49,941 bases of DNA from Candidatus Blautia intestinipullorum (GCA_019120475.1 DWVA01000175.1:1-49941); one strand, 5' to 3'; counted from the stretch's first letter, positions 36,957 through 47,135 are shown. The notes: generated from the sequence alone by a model not told the origin. Program-made: numbers and translations.

Positions 36957-38498
36957 CTATTTTTCCGAACCTTTCAGGATTTCCCGCAATTCCAGGGCCT
37001 TCATGATAATCTGCAGATGAAGCCTTTCGTTATAATCCTTCAGATCAATTCCAAGTTCCCGTTCAATTCTGTTGATCCTGTCTACCAGTGTGCTCCGGTG
37101 AATATACAGGACTTCCGCCGTACTGGTATAGTTCATATTTTCTTCCAGAAATACCTTTAAAGTTTCAAAATAGCTTACAGGAGAATGTTCGTCATGGCGA
37201 AACAGATTTTTCAGTCCGTTGGAATAGAACATTTCCACAGGCATGCCTCCGGTTGAATTTGTGATCATTTCCATCAGAGCGAAGCTGGAGAAGTAGAAAC
37301 GGGAAGAAGAACTCATAGTAAGCTGGCCGTTTTCCAGGGCAATCTCTGCCTGAAGGTAATGCATCCGGACGTCATACAGATTGGAAAAATCGTTGCTGAT
37401 CCCGGCATAAAGTTTCAAAGACTTCAGCATGGGATCCAGCCGCAGGTTTAACTGTTCCTGGTATTTTCCGTCTCTGTCATAGAGCGGCTTGAGATCAATG
37501 AACGCGGCTACAGACTGGTTATGAGGAAAAGCCGCGCAGCCTGGAAAATTTTTTTCAAAGAGACTGCAGATATAGCTGGCCGGAATCTGGGAATACCTTG
37601 TAATGATGTGAGCGCTGACGCAGACATAGCGGGTTTTCATCTGGACGGCCTGGAGCATGGATTTATGGATGGGACGTATCGGACGCTCTTCAATGATTTC
37701 TCTTAAAATCTGGCGGATCGTATTTCGTTCATTAGACAGGAGAGCGGGATTACGCTCCAGAGATTTCTCCAGAAGAGAGCCCAGATAAGCAGCAAGAGCC
37801 GTATCGCCGCTGTGGAAGGGCCGTCCGTCTCCGGACATGAAAAAACAGCCGGCATATTGTCCTGCTCTGTCAAAAAGATTCACAGCCAGAGAAAAGTCCC
37901 CGCCAAGGTCAAGCAGCATTGGCTCCCGGATATCTGTAGACATTTCACCGTAAGTCAGGAACTCCGCCAGGTCAGCCTCAGACAGAGAATCTCCGGTTCT
38001 GCCGGTGTTTCTGCTTCGGTCGGAACCATTTCTGTATCCGGCAGCCAGGATATGGAAGCTGGAGTCCAGAACACAAACGGAACGTTCCATATACACAGCG
38101 CTCAGTTCGGCGATTTTCTGGATGTCCGCGTCCTGCTGGAAGATTTCGAAAAGAGCGTCGTTCCATTGATCATAGTGATCAAAAATTTTCTGTATGCTTT
38201 GGTAGACAGAGAAAAAGTCTTTTCTTCCCTGAATGATGATCAGAGTGATCCTGTCGGTATAATATTTCATTCGGACAGGCTCTCCGATGCAGACCAGAAC
38301 GGCGCCTTTTTCAAGATATGGTCTGGATGGAAGATGTTCCGCTGTGGCAAGATACAGGTGCCCTTCCAGAAAACGGGTATCGTCGTCCATGTGAAATTCA
38401 GGCCGTCTCAGGGACAGGGAGTTTTCCCTTTCACCGTATATTTTTACAGAATAATCCTCTTTCAGTTTTTCATAAATGATATCCGCGTTTAATTTCAT
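36957..38498 (-). CDS. PucR/CdaR-family transcriptional regulator
   Basis: C-terminal ETLKVFLEENMNYTSTAEVLYIHRSTLVDRINRIE HTH; AGISNDF degenerate GGDEF-like region. Confidence 0.9.
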   Translation of the reverse strand: MKLNADIIYEKLKEDYSVKIYGERENSLSLRRPEFHMDDDTRFLEGHLYLATAEHLPSRPYLEKGAVLVCIGEPVRMKYYTDRITLIIIQGRKDFFSVYQSIQKIFDHYDQWNDALFEIFQQDADIQKIAELSAVYMERSVCVLDSSFHILAAGYRNGSDRSRNTGRTGDSLSEADLAEFLTYGEMSTDIREPMLLDLGGDFSLAVNLFDRAGQYAGCFFMSGDGRPFHSGDTALAAYLGSLLEKSLERNPALLSNERNTIRQILREIIEERPIRPIHKSMLQAVQMKTRYVCVSAHIITRYSQIPASYICSLFEKNFPGCAAFPHNQSVAAFIDLKPLYDRDGKYQEQLNLRLDPMLKSLKLYAGISNDFSNLYDVRMHYLQAEIALENGQLTMSSSSRFYFSSFALMEMITNSTGGMPVEMFYSNGLKNLFRHDEHSPVSYFETLKVFLEENMNYTSTAEVLYIHRSTLVDRINRIERELGIDLKDYNERLHLQIIMKALELREILKGSEK

Positions 38499-38747
38499 AA
38501 AGGAACCGTCTCCTTTCAGCAAGCGTTTCCATAACCGGTAATTTAATGGCTGCTTTTATTATAATTCTGATTTTAATTGATTTCAATGGATAATACCGGC
38601 CGTTATTCTGTAGGGAAAAAGTTTTGAAAAACCTCTGTTCTGCTTATTTCTCAAAAAAAATACTTTTTCTATAATAAAGACATCGGATCCCCTCTGAATA
38701 CTGCTTTAAAAACAAAAAAATCTGATTGACGGAAAGGGGTTTTTATT

Positions 38748-39662
38748 ATGGGTTATGACGCAAACGAGGCTATGCGGCAGATGATGGCAGGATATATCAA
38801 ACAGGCGCGGCCTCTTCAGGAAATGCTTTTTGTAGAGGGAAAGACGGCCATCGTCACCGGAGGAACATCGGGACTGGGATTTAATATTGCCCTTCGGCTG
38901 CTTCAGGGCGGCGCCAATGTGGTAGTTGCTTCCGGTTCCGAAAAGAAAGGAGAAACCGCCGTCTCTCTGTTTCGGATGGAAGGATACGGAGAAGACCGGG
39001 TGAAGTATTGTAAAACTGACGTTTCGCAGGAAGAGGATGTGATCCGTCTGGTGGAATTTACAGACAAGTCCTTTGGATCTGTGGATATTCTGGTAAATTC
39101 GGTAGGTATTTGGAACTATGCGCATATTTATCATATGGCGAAGGAGGATTTTGACCATATTATGGAGGTAAATGTAACCGGACTGTTCCTGTGCATCAAG
39201 CATGTTTCCAGATATATGATCGATCATAAGATCGCCGGAAAGATCACGGCGGTTTCCTCAAACTGCCCGTGGATGCCTTATCCGGTATTCGGCGGATATC
39301 CTCACTATGCGGCGTCTAAAGGAGCGGTAAACGCTTTGATCGTAGAAGCCGCGAAAGAATTAAAGAGGTACAATATTATGGTAAACGCCGTGGCTCCGGG
39401 CGGGATGGCTACCCCGGGCGCATCCAGTAATCTGACGGCGAAAAATCTGACGGAAGAACAGTCGGATGAATTTTATGACGAATTGATGGTATGGTCTATT
39501 GACAGTACGCAGACAGTAGATTCGGTTGCGATCGTAGCTTATATGCTGTCCACGGCAGTGTCAGATGGAATCACAGGAGAAGTGGTGGTGGCCGATGCGG
39601 GAGCATCTCACAACATTGTACATCACCAGGTTGCGATCGAAGCTTATCCTCCGGAAGAATAA
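38748..39662 (+). CDS. SDR-family oxidoreductase
   Basis: TGGTSGLG, DILVNSVG, YAASKG, VNAVAPG. Confidence 0.93.
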   Translation: MGYDANEAMRQMMAGYIKQARPLQEMLFVEGKTAIVTGGTSGLGFNIALRLLQGGANVVVASGSEKKGETAVSLFRMEGYGEDRVKYCKTDVSQEEDVIRLVEFTDKSFGSVDILVNSVGIWNYAHIYHMAKEDFDHIMEVNVTGLFLCIKHVSRYMIDHKIAGKITAVSSNCPWMPYPVFGGYPHYAASKGAVNALIVEAAKELKRYNIMVNAVAPGGMATPGASSNLTAKNLTEEQSDEFYDELMVWSIDSTQTVDSVAIVAYMLSTAVSDGITGEVVVADAGASHNIVHHQVAIEAYPPEE

Positions 39663-39724
39663 CAGGAAGACGTGCAGCCGGAGGACTGTGTTCCGTATAG
39701 ATAAAGCGAAAGGAATGAAGGAAA

Positions 39725-40963
39725 ATGAGTAAAAAAATAGATGAAAGACTGCCGCAGGACAGCGGAAAAGGATCTGGACTGAAGGAATACTATGCAATCA
39801 AATCTCCCTGGGAAAAAATGTACGGTTATCGTGACGCCATGCACTATTCAAACCGTTTTGAGCAGGTCATCGGAGCCGCCTGTATGCAGGCGTACCGGAT
39901 CATGATTCCGGATTACAGAGAGAGGGCGCAGCTGATGTGTGAAGACGCTCTGGCCCGCCTGGTTGCCACCAACCGGATGTATGGAGAGAACGGAGACGAT
40001 ATGAATAATATGCATCCCTTTATGTGCGGCCAGTTTGTAGGCGCTCTCATCGGAGATCAGGGAGACGATGCGCTTCTTATGTGCGGACGCTGCCAGGATT
40101 TTGGAACTTACCGCGCAGAAAAGGAGCTGGATGTCTGCGACTGGGATATTGTGGGCTCAGAACTTTGCCGAGCCACTACCATGTCTCTTCAGGGATCCGC
40201 CATCGGTTCGGCAGAGCGGCGCCGTCCGGGTCCGACAATGGAATTTTGCATGGTGGAGGCAAAAGGGTGCGGAGACAGACACTGCAGGATCGTAGCGGAA
40301 AACCGTGACAAATATCCGATGCCGGAGCATGAGCTCTGGGAAAGCTTCGGACCGGTAGCTACAGCGGATCAGATCAAGTACACAGAGGAAGAGGACTGTG
40401 TAAAGGAGTCCATGGTATTCAGAGAGGAATGTAATTATACCTTTACAAACGGCACTCATCTTGAGCAGGACTCCTCCAGCGCTAATATGGTAACTCTTTC
40501 CACCTCCGCGTCCCTCTACATTCTTCCGGCGATCAATGAAGCTGTGCGCAGAGGCATCGTCACCCGAAAGATGGCGGATCACATTCTTCACTGCGTCTGC
40601 GAGGCAGCCGGAAAAGCCATGTTCGGAGAGCGTTATGCCATTAAAGCGGCCCGGGACTGGCTGGGAGTTCCTCCGGAAATCGGTGAAGACGGCCGTGTTA
40701 TGGGCGGTCTGCTGGAAATGCAGCTTCAGTCAATTCTCTGCAAGTATGAGGTGGAAGCCTTTAACGAAAAAGAATGTATCTATGTGATCGACCGCTCCGG
40801 TCTGGAGATTACAGGATGCAAAGAGCTTCCTCAGGTACATGTGGATTTCTGGTACGGAATGGTAAAGACGCTGGTCAATGCCCAGTGGTCTTTGTGGGAA
40901 GAGGATTCTCCTGCAGGGAAACTTCGGATAAAGATTGCAAAGAAAATCGATAAATTCTGTTGA
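39725..40963 (+). CDS. Cys-rich protein of unknown function, probably tandem V4R/ATC-hydrolase-like domains
   Basis: 412-aa ORF with about 18 Cys; C-x9-C...EAKGCGDRHCRI pattern resembles V4R; fold call is inference. Confidence 0.7.
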   Translation: MSKKIDERLPQDSGKGSGLKEYYAIKSPWEKMYGYRDAMHYSNRFEQVIGAACMQAYRIMIPDYRERAQLMCEDALARLVATNRMYGENGDDMNNMHPFMCGQFVGALIGDQGDDALLMCGRCQDFGTYRAEKELDVCDWDIVGSELCRATTMSLQGSAIGSAERRRPGPTMEFCMVEAKGCGDRHCRIVAENRDKYPMPEHELWESFGPVATADQIKYTEEEDCVKESMVFREECNYTFTNGTHLEQDSSSANMVTLSTSASLYILPAINEAVRRGIVTRKMADHILHCVCEAAGKAMFGERYAIKAARDWLGVPPEIGEDGRVMGGLLEMQLQSILCKYEVEAFNEKECIYVIDRSGLEITGCKELPQVHVDFWYGMVKTLVNAQWSLWEEDSPAGKLRIKIAKKIDKFC

Positions 40964-40979
40964 CAGGAGGATAAAGCGC

Positions 40980-42002
40980 ATGTACAAAAATATATTTAAA
41001 TATGACGAAATGAAACGCTCGGAGCATATGGCTGTCCGCCGGACAGTAGGATGGTACTACTGGACGCATCAGCTGATCGAGATCAGCGGGCCGGATGTAG
41101 TCAGTCTTTTGGAATATCTGTATCCCAATGATATTGGAAATATTAAGGTGGGACGGGACCGTTACACTACGATGCTGGATGAGAACGGGGAAATTATTGA
41201 CGATGTAGTGATCATGAGGATGGCGGAAGACAGGTTCTGGATTTCTACCCTGTTTCTTACATACACAGACGACTGGATTTATTATCATTCTGAAGGGTAT
41301 GATGTGGACTGGAACGACATTACCGATCAGTGGGATATGTTTGCGGTACAGGGGCCAAGATCTAAGGAAATGATAAATTCCATTGCGGAAAAGCCGGTGG
41401 ATGAGTTGAAATTTTTCAGCCATGAACCGAATAAGATCGGAGAAATAGATGTGATGATCAACCGGGGCGGCTTTACAGGAGAAAAGTTCGGCTATGAGAT
41501 TTACTGCCGAAGGGAGGACACGGACGCGCTGGAAAAGATCCTCAGGGATACCGCACCGAAATTCGACGGGAAACAGGTGACGGAGTTCCAGGTGATGGCC
41601 TGGACGCTGCCTACAGAAAGCGGTTTTTATTACATGCGGGATCTGGCTCATACAAATCCTTTGGAGGTAGGGCTTGACGCGAATATTGACTGGGAGAAAG
41701 ATTTTATTGGAAAAGAAGCGCTCCTGAAGGTAAAGGAAAACGGGCCGGAAAAGGAAATGGTAGGCTTTGAGGTTCCGGAGGCGGATATTTATATCAGATC
41801 GAAGCAGTACGGAGGCCCGGGAGAGGCTGTGTATATTGACAGCGAAGAGGAAGAAGTAGGACGCGTGTCAAAGATGGTCTACTCTTATGTGAAAGAGGTG
41901 AATAACGGATACATCCTTGCGAAAAAAGGAAAACTCCGGGTAGGCGATCATATCAAAATACACGGATACGATGCAGTGATCACAGAGAAGAAATGGATAT
42001 GA
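40980..42002 (+). CDS. GcvT/LigM/DmdA-superfamily folate-dependent aminomethyl/methyltransferase-like protein
   Basis: EHMAVR, IEISGPD, YTTMLDENGEIIDD, AVQGPRS, RGGFTGE.GYEI, KDFIGKEAL; AGGAGG RBS; no gcvH/gcvP nearby. Confidence 0.88.
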   Translation: MYKNIFKYDEMKRSEHMAVRRTVGWYYWTHQLIEISGPDVVSLLEYLYPNDIGNIKVGRDRYTTMLDENGEIIDDVVIMRMAEDRFWISTLFLTYTDDWIYYHSEGYDVDWNDITDQWDMFAVQGPRSKEMINSIAEKPVDELKFFSHEPNKIGEIDVMINRGGFTGEKFGYEIYCRREDTDALEKILRDTAPKFDGKQVTEFQVMAWTLPTESGFYYMRDLAHTNPLEVGLDANIDWEKDFIGKEALLKVKENGPEKEMVGFEVPEADIYIRSKQYGGPGEAVYIDSEEEEVGRVSKMVYSYVKEVNNGYILAKKGKLRVGDHIKIHGYDAVITEKKWI

Positions 42003-42281
42003 CACATTATACTACGGATTGCGGACTCTTTGGAGTCCGTTTTCTGTTTTTACACGGAAGATTGTATTGCCTCCCTGTACGAGGCTGTCTTTTACCTGGG
42101 AAAGGAAAAAACAGAGACACAGAGCGCCGCAGGTTTACTTGCATCCCCTCCGCAAATATAGTATGATGGTAGAGACATCTCCAGTATTTAGAGACCTTTG
42201 TTTTGGAATACTGCGAGGTGGTTTCAGCAGAAAATTACGAGAGGAAGCAGACCGGGACAGCCCGGGCTGCGGGGGAGAGAT

Positions 42282-43031
42282 ATGTTTAAAGAAATTGGGG
42301 AAGAAAGAGCATTCAACGGAATACTTGAACAGATCATTGATAATATACATAAGGGAAATCTGAAGGCGGGAGACGCGCTTCCGGCGGAGAGGACAATGGC
42401 GGAAACCATGAAGGTATCCCGCTCGGCAGTCAGAGAAGCCCTTCGGGCGCTGGAACTTCTGGGGATCATTGAAGCGGTTCCCGGAGGAGGCAATTATGTT
42501 ACCAGCGATCTGGATACCTGGCTGATCGGACCTCTGACGATCCTTTTCCGGCTGAATAACGGCTATGTGCGCCAGAACCAGCAGCTTCGCGCTGCTTTGG
42601 AAAGGCAGAATGCGATTCTGGCGGCAAAGAAATGTACGCCTCTTGATGCGGCGGAGCTGTGGATGATCCTGGCCAGACTGAACGCGGCGGAGGATGAGAA
42701 GGACAGAGGAAGCCTTGACAAAGAACTTCACGCAAAGATCGGAAAGATCGCGGATAATCCTATGATCTACAGCGTACTTGCCGCAGCCGACCAGCTTACA
42801 GAAAATATAATTTCCGGAACCAGGGATTATATTATGAAAAAAAATCAGACTGCATCTGTGGTGGACGAACAGCATCACCGTCTGGTAGAGGCCATTATCA
42901 ACGGAGATACCGAGGCGGCGGAGAAATGTATGTCAGAGCATATGGATACAGTAGAAGAATATATGGAACAGATGCTGGAAGAAAATACAGACGGCGGACA
43001 GAGTATAGAAAAAATGACACAGAAGAAGTGA
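42282..43031 (+). CDS. GntR/FadR-family regulator
   Basis: LKAGDALPAER..VSRSAVREALRAL..G.GNYV wHTH plus FCD domain. Confidence 0.92.
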   Translation: MFKEIGEERAFNGILEQIIDNIHKGNLKAGDALPAERTMAETMKVSRSAVREALRALELLGIIEAVPGGGNYVTSDLDTWLIGPLTILFRLNNGYVRQNQQLRAALERQNAILAAKKCTPLDAAELWMILARLNAAEDEKDRGSLDKELHAKIGKIADNPMIYSVLAAADQLTENIISGTRDYIMKKNQTASVVDEQHHRLVEAIINGDTEAAEKCMSEHMDTVEEYMEQMLEENTDGGQSIEKMTQKK

Positions 43032-43060
43032 AAATAGAGAAAGAAAATGAACATAGGCCC

Positions 43061-43133
43061 TTGTACTTTGGCCAGACCAGTGGTACAATCAGTTTATAAA
43101 ATTGGTTGCACCAAACATATAACTGGTCGACCG
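43061..43133 (+). promoter_or_regulatory. Promoter with three FadR-type operators
   Basis: TTGTAC-17-TACAAT; TGGCCAGACCA, TGGTTGCACCA and TGGTCGACCG fit TGGT-Nx-ACCA. Confidence 0.75.
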
Positions 43134-43150
43134 GAAAGAAGGGCAAGATT

Positions 43151-44281
43151 ATGGGATACGTAACATGGTCATATGAGACCCTGGACCGTTTCTGCGGAGA
43201 TGTGTTCAGAGCGTTTGGATTCAGTGAAGAGGAAAGCCGCGAGATCAAGGATGTTCTTCTGACGGCAGATCTTTATGGCATTGAAAGCCACGGTATGCAG
43301 AGGATGGTCCGTTATCACAAGGGAATTGAGAAAGGAACGATTCATCCGGAAGCAAAACCGGAAATCGTATTTGAGACCCCGGTTTCAGCGGTGATTGACG
43401 GACATAATGGAATGGGACAGCTTATCAGTGTCTTTGCCATGAAAAAAGCTATTGAAAAAGCAAAAAAGACAGGGGTAGGCATTGTCAGCGTCCGTGAGTC
43501 AAATCATTTCGGGATTGCCGGGTATTATGCAAAAATGGCCTGCGATGAGGGACTTCTTGGAATGGCATGCACCAATTCAGAGGCAATCATGGTGCCCACA
43601 TTCGGGAAAAAAGCAATGCTTGGTTCCAACCCTATTGCTGTGGCTATGCCTGCAGAACCTTATCCGTTTTTCTTTGACTGCTCCACTACAGTAGTGACGA
43701 GGGGAAAACTGGAAATGTACAACAAAATGGGAAAACCTCTTCCTGATGGATGGGCTCTGGACAAAAACGGACATCCCACTACAGACGCTCCTGATGTTCT
43801 GGCGAATATTGTGGCCAAGAAAGGCGGCGGGATCATGCCGCTCGGAGGCAGCGAGGAAGTCAGCGGCAGCCACAAGGGATATGGATACGGTATGGTATGC
43901 GAACTGTTCAGTTCTATTCTGTCTATGGGCGTCACTTCTGATAAATGCTGTACATTCCCGGACAAGACAGGGATATGCCACGGCTTCATGGCTGTGAACC
44001 CGGCTGTTTTCGGCGATCCGGAAGCGATTAAAAAGCATTTTTCCGAGTATCTTGAAGCATTGCGCGAGAGTCCTAAGGCGGACGGCAAAGAACGTATTTA
44101 TACTCATGGAGAGAAGGAAGTCTTTGCGGAAAGAGAAAGAAGAGAGAAAGGTATTCCGGTAAATGACAACACAATGGTGGAGCTGGCCAATCTGTGCGGA
44201 TATCTGAAGCTTGATTTCCATAAATATTTTGAAGGATATGAACTTCCCAAGGACAGTAAGTTCTTTACGGGAAACTATTAA
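43151..44281 (+). CDS. Ldh_2 (ComC/AllD/YiaK-like) 2-hydroxyacid dehydrogenase, possibly malate dehydrogenase
   Basis: ADLYGIESHG, NHFGIAGYY, LGSNPIA, HKGYG. Confidence 0.88.
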   Translation: MGYVTWSYETLDRFCGDVFRAFGFSEEESREIKDVLLTADLYGIESHGMQRMVRYHKGIEKGTIHPEAKPEIVFETPVSAVIDGHNGMGQLISVFAMKKAIEKAKKTGVGIVSVRESNHFGIAGYYAKMACDEGLLGMACTNSEAIMVPTFGKKAMLGSNPIAVAMPAEPYPFFFDCSTTVVTRGKLEMYNKMGKPLPDGWALDKNGHPTTDAPDVLANIVAKKGGGIMPLGGSEEVSGSHKGYGYGMVCELFSSILSMGVTSDKCCTFPDKTGICHGFMAVNPAVFGDPEAIKKHFSEYLEALRESPKADGKERIYTHGEKEVFAERERREKGIPVNDNTMVELANLCGYLKLDFHKYFEGYELPKDSKFFTGNY

Positions 44282-44304
44282 AAAATCCCAAGGAGGATAT
44301 ACAA

Positions 44305-45480
44305 ATGGATTATGCAAAAGAATCATTAAGACTGCATGGTGAATGGAAAGGAAAAATCGAGGTGGTGACAAGAGTTCCGGTGGAAACAAAGGACGATCTG
44401 TCTCTTGCGTATACTCCCGGAGTCGCCCAGCCCTGTCTGGAGATCCAGAAGGACGTAAACAAATCCTACGAACTCACCAGAAGATGGAACATGTGCCTGG
44501 TAGTAACGGACGGTTCAGCCGTTCTTGGCCTGGGCGATATCGGACCGGAGGCAGGCATGCCGGTTATGGAAGGAAAATGCGTTCTCTTTAAAGCATTTGG
44601 AGATGTGGACGCTTTTCCGCTCTGTATCAAGAGTCATGATGTAGACGAGATCGTCAACACTATTTATATGATCTCCGGCTCCTTCGGCGGAGTGAACCTG
44701 GAGGATATTTCCGCTCCCAGATGCTTTGAGATTGAGAAAAAACTGAAGGAAAAATGTGATATCCCGATCTTCCACGACGATCAGCATGGAACCGCGATCA
44801 TTACTCTTGCAGGACTTACAAACGCTCTCCGTGTTGTAGGAAAGAAAAAAGAGGATGTCCGCATTGTTATGAACGGAGCCGGCGCAGCCGCAATCTCCAT
44901 CGCGCGGCTGCTTCTGAAGGCGGGATGCCGGAATATCACGCTGTGTGACAGAAAAGGCGCCATCTATGAAGGCCGTCAGGAGGGAATGAACCCTGTAAAG
45001 GAAGAGATGAGCAAGGTGACGAACCGTGAGAAAAAGGCGGGTTCCCTTGCAGATATGCTGGTAGGCGCAGACGTATTCATCGGCGTTTCCGCTCCGGGCG
45101 CAGTAACTACAGAGATGGTAAAAACCATGGCGAAAGACGCTGTGATCTTTGCCTGCGCGAATCCTACTCCGGAGATCTTTCCGGAGGACGCCAAAGCAGG
45201 CGGCGCAAAGGTGATCGCTACAGGAAGAAGCGATTTCCCGAATCAGATCAACAATGTACTGGCCTTTCCGGGAGTATTCCGCGGCGCTTTTGACGTAAGA
45301 GCAAAGGACATTAACGATGAGATGAAGATCGCCGCGTCAGAAGCTCTTGCAGGACTGATCACAGATGAAGAGCTTTCGGCGGATTATATCATACCGAAAG
45401 CATTTGATAAGCGAGTAGGACCGGCGGTGGCAAAAGCCGTTGCCGAGGCTGCCAGAAAAACAGGAGTTGCAAGATTATAA
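44305..45480 (+). CDS. NAD(P)-dependent malic enzyme (short YtsJ-type)
   Basis: [49 protein letters not shown]. Confidence 0.95.
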   Translation: MDYAKESLRLHGEWKGKIEVVTRVPVETKDDLSLAYTPGVAQPCLEIQKDVNKSYELTRRWNMCLVVTDGSAVLGLGDIGPEAGMPVMEGKCVLFKAFGDVDAFPLCIKSHDVDEIVNTIYMISGSFGGVNLEDISAPRCFEIEKKLKEKCDIPIFHDDQHGTAIITLAGLTNALRVVGKKKEDVRIVMNGAGAAAISIARLLLKAGCRNITLCDRKGAIYEGRQEGMNPVKEEMSKVTNREKKAGSLADMLVGADVFIGVSAPGAVTTEMVKTMAKDAVIFACANPTPEIFPEDAKAGGAKVIATGRSDFPNQINNVLAFPGVFRGAFDVRAKDINDEMKIAASEALAGLITDEELSADYIIPKAFDKRVGPAVAKAVAEAARKTGVARL

Positions 45481-45493
45481 AAAAAGAAACAGA

Positions 45494-45542
45494 AAATCCT
45501 CACTGCTGCGGAAAATTTCCGCGGCGGCGGGGATTTGTTTTT
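45494..45542 (+). terminator. Intrinsic terminator
   Basis: AAATCC..GCTGCGGAAA/TTTCCGCGGC..GGATTT plus T-tract. Confidence 0.7.
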
Positions 45543-45586
45543 GGGGAGTGCGGAAGATGGTAAAACAGGACTGTCCATAGAAATCT

Positions 45587-45615
45587 TTGACAAATCCGGC
45601 TTGGATCAGTAAAAT
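45587..45615 (+). promoter_or_regulatory. SigA promoter of hisC
   Basis: TTGACA-17-TAAAAT. Confidence 0.7.
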
Positions 45616-45718
45616 AGCAAATATATAAAAATGCAGTTATGAAAGCGCTTTGTAAGCGGAGAGCATATACTGCGGCAGAAAGGAGAAGTATGCGCAAAAG
45701 GCGTTACACAGGAAAAAT

Positions 45719-46798
45719 ATGAAAAACTGGGAAGCAAATGTCCGCAGAGTCACTCCCTACACACCAGGGGAGCAGCCTGACCAGCCGGACATGATCAAAC
45801 TGAATACAAATGAAAATCCGTATCCCCCGGCACCCGGCGTAAGAGAGGCGCTGAAAAATCTGGATATTGACGCCATGCGCCTTTATCCTGATCCGACGGC
45901 AGGCGAACTTGCTGCTGCCATAGCGGAATGTTACGGACTGGAAAAAGAGCAGGTTTTTGTAGGAGTAGGATCAGACGATGTTCTTGCCATGAGCTTTCTG
46001 ACCTTCTTCAACAGCGGCAGACCTATTCTGTTTCCGGATATCACTTATTCTTTTTACGACGTATGGGCGGAGCTTTTCCATATTCCATATGAGCGCCCGG
46101 CGCTGGATGAGAATTTCCATATCAGAAAGGAAGATTATTTCCGGGAAAACGGCGGTATTGTCTTTCCAAATCCAAACGCTCCCACGGGAGTGGAACTTCC
46201 TCTTGAGGAGATCGAGGAGATCGTCGCCCGCAACCAGGATGTGGTTGTGATCGTGGATGAGGCATATGTGGATTTTGGGGCCAGATCCGCTCTTCCTCTT
46301 CTGAAAAAGTATGAAAATCTTCTGGTAGTCCAGACCTTCAGTAAATCCCGCTCACTGGCAGGAATGAGGATTGGATTTGCCTGCGGAAATCAGAAGCTGA
46401 TCAAATATCTGAACGACGCGAAGTATTCTTTCAACTCCTATACTATGGACAGGACAGCTTTGGCCGCGGGAACAGCCGCAGTAAAGGATCAGGCGTATTT
46501 TCAGGAAACCTGCCGCAAGATCATAGAAACGCGGGAATGGACGAAAAAAGAACTGAAAGCACTGGGATTTTCCTTTGAGGATTCAAAAGCAAACTTTATT
46601 TTTGCCTCCCATAATGACTGCCCGGCACAGGAATTATTCCAGGCTTTGCGGAAAAGACATATCTATGTGAGATATTTTCCGAAAGGAAGAACGGCCGACT
46701 TCCTGCGGATCACTATAGGAACACAGAAGGAAATGGAAACTCTGACAGAGTTTCTCAGGGAGTATCTCAACGGAAGAGACAGCCGGACGGAAAAATAA
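45719..46798 (+). CDS. hisC: Histidinol-phosphate aminotransferase
   Basis: YTPGEQP, KLNTNENPYPP, PNPNAPTG, DEAYVDF, TFSKSRSLAGMRIG, LRITIG. Confidence 0.95.
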   Translation: MKNWEANVRRVTPYTPGEQPDQPDMIKLNTNENPYPPAPGVREALKNLDIDAMRLYPDPTAGELAAAIAECYGLEKEQVFVGVGSDDVLAMSFLTFFNSGRPILFPDITYSFYDVWAELFHIPYERPALDENFHIRKEDYFRENGGIVFPNPNAPTGVELPLEEIEEIVARNQDVVVIVDEAYVDFGARSALPLLKKYENLLVVQTFSKSRSLAGMRIGFACGNQKLIKYLNDAKYSFNSYTMDRTALAAGTAAVKDQAYFQETCRKIIETREWTKKELKALGFSFEDSKANFIFASHNDCPAQELFQALRKRHIYVRYFPKGRTADFLRITIGTQKEMETLTEFLREYLNGRDSRTEK

Positions 46799-46892
46799 AA
46801 AAGTAATATTTTTACATATCCCCGGGCGGATGCAGACAGCAAAGACCCGGGGATACGGTTTGGAGCGTACCGCCTCTTGTAAACTAACGCTA

Positions 46893-46921
46893 TGGACAGA
46901 CCGGGATAAATGTGGTAAGAT
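46893..46921 (+). promoter_or_regulatory. Putative rho promoter (long leader follows)
   Basis: TGGACA-17-TAAGAT with TG extended -10. Confidence 0.5.
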
Positions 46922-47135
46922 GATTTTCAGAAGAAATCATGCAGAACCTGAAAAGGAAAAGTGCAGATCTTTTAAAATGCAGGGCTTACGGCCTTAAGAG
47001 AAAGACGGTTCGGCCGGCGGAGATATACTTTTGCTGGCATTCTGATGTTCATGTCGATTCAGACAGAGTATCCCGTAGATAACAGATACAGATTATATAA
47101 AAGATTATATAAAATAGAAAAGACCGAGGTTTTTT

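Noticed and set aside
40980-42002. Calling this gcvT of the glycine cleavage system
   Set aside because: It lacks the usual N-terminal RTPL motif, has LPTESG in place of LRLEAG, and has no gcvH/gcvP neighbours
46800-47135. Possible sRNA or riboswitch between hisC and rho
   Set aside because: A hairpin at ~46818-46854 and a promoter at 46893 explain the region as a terminator plus rho leader; no known motif recognised
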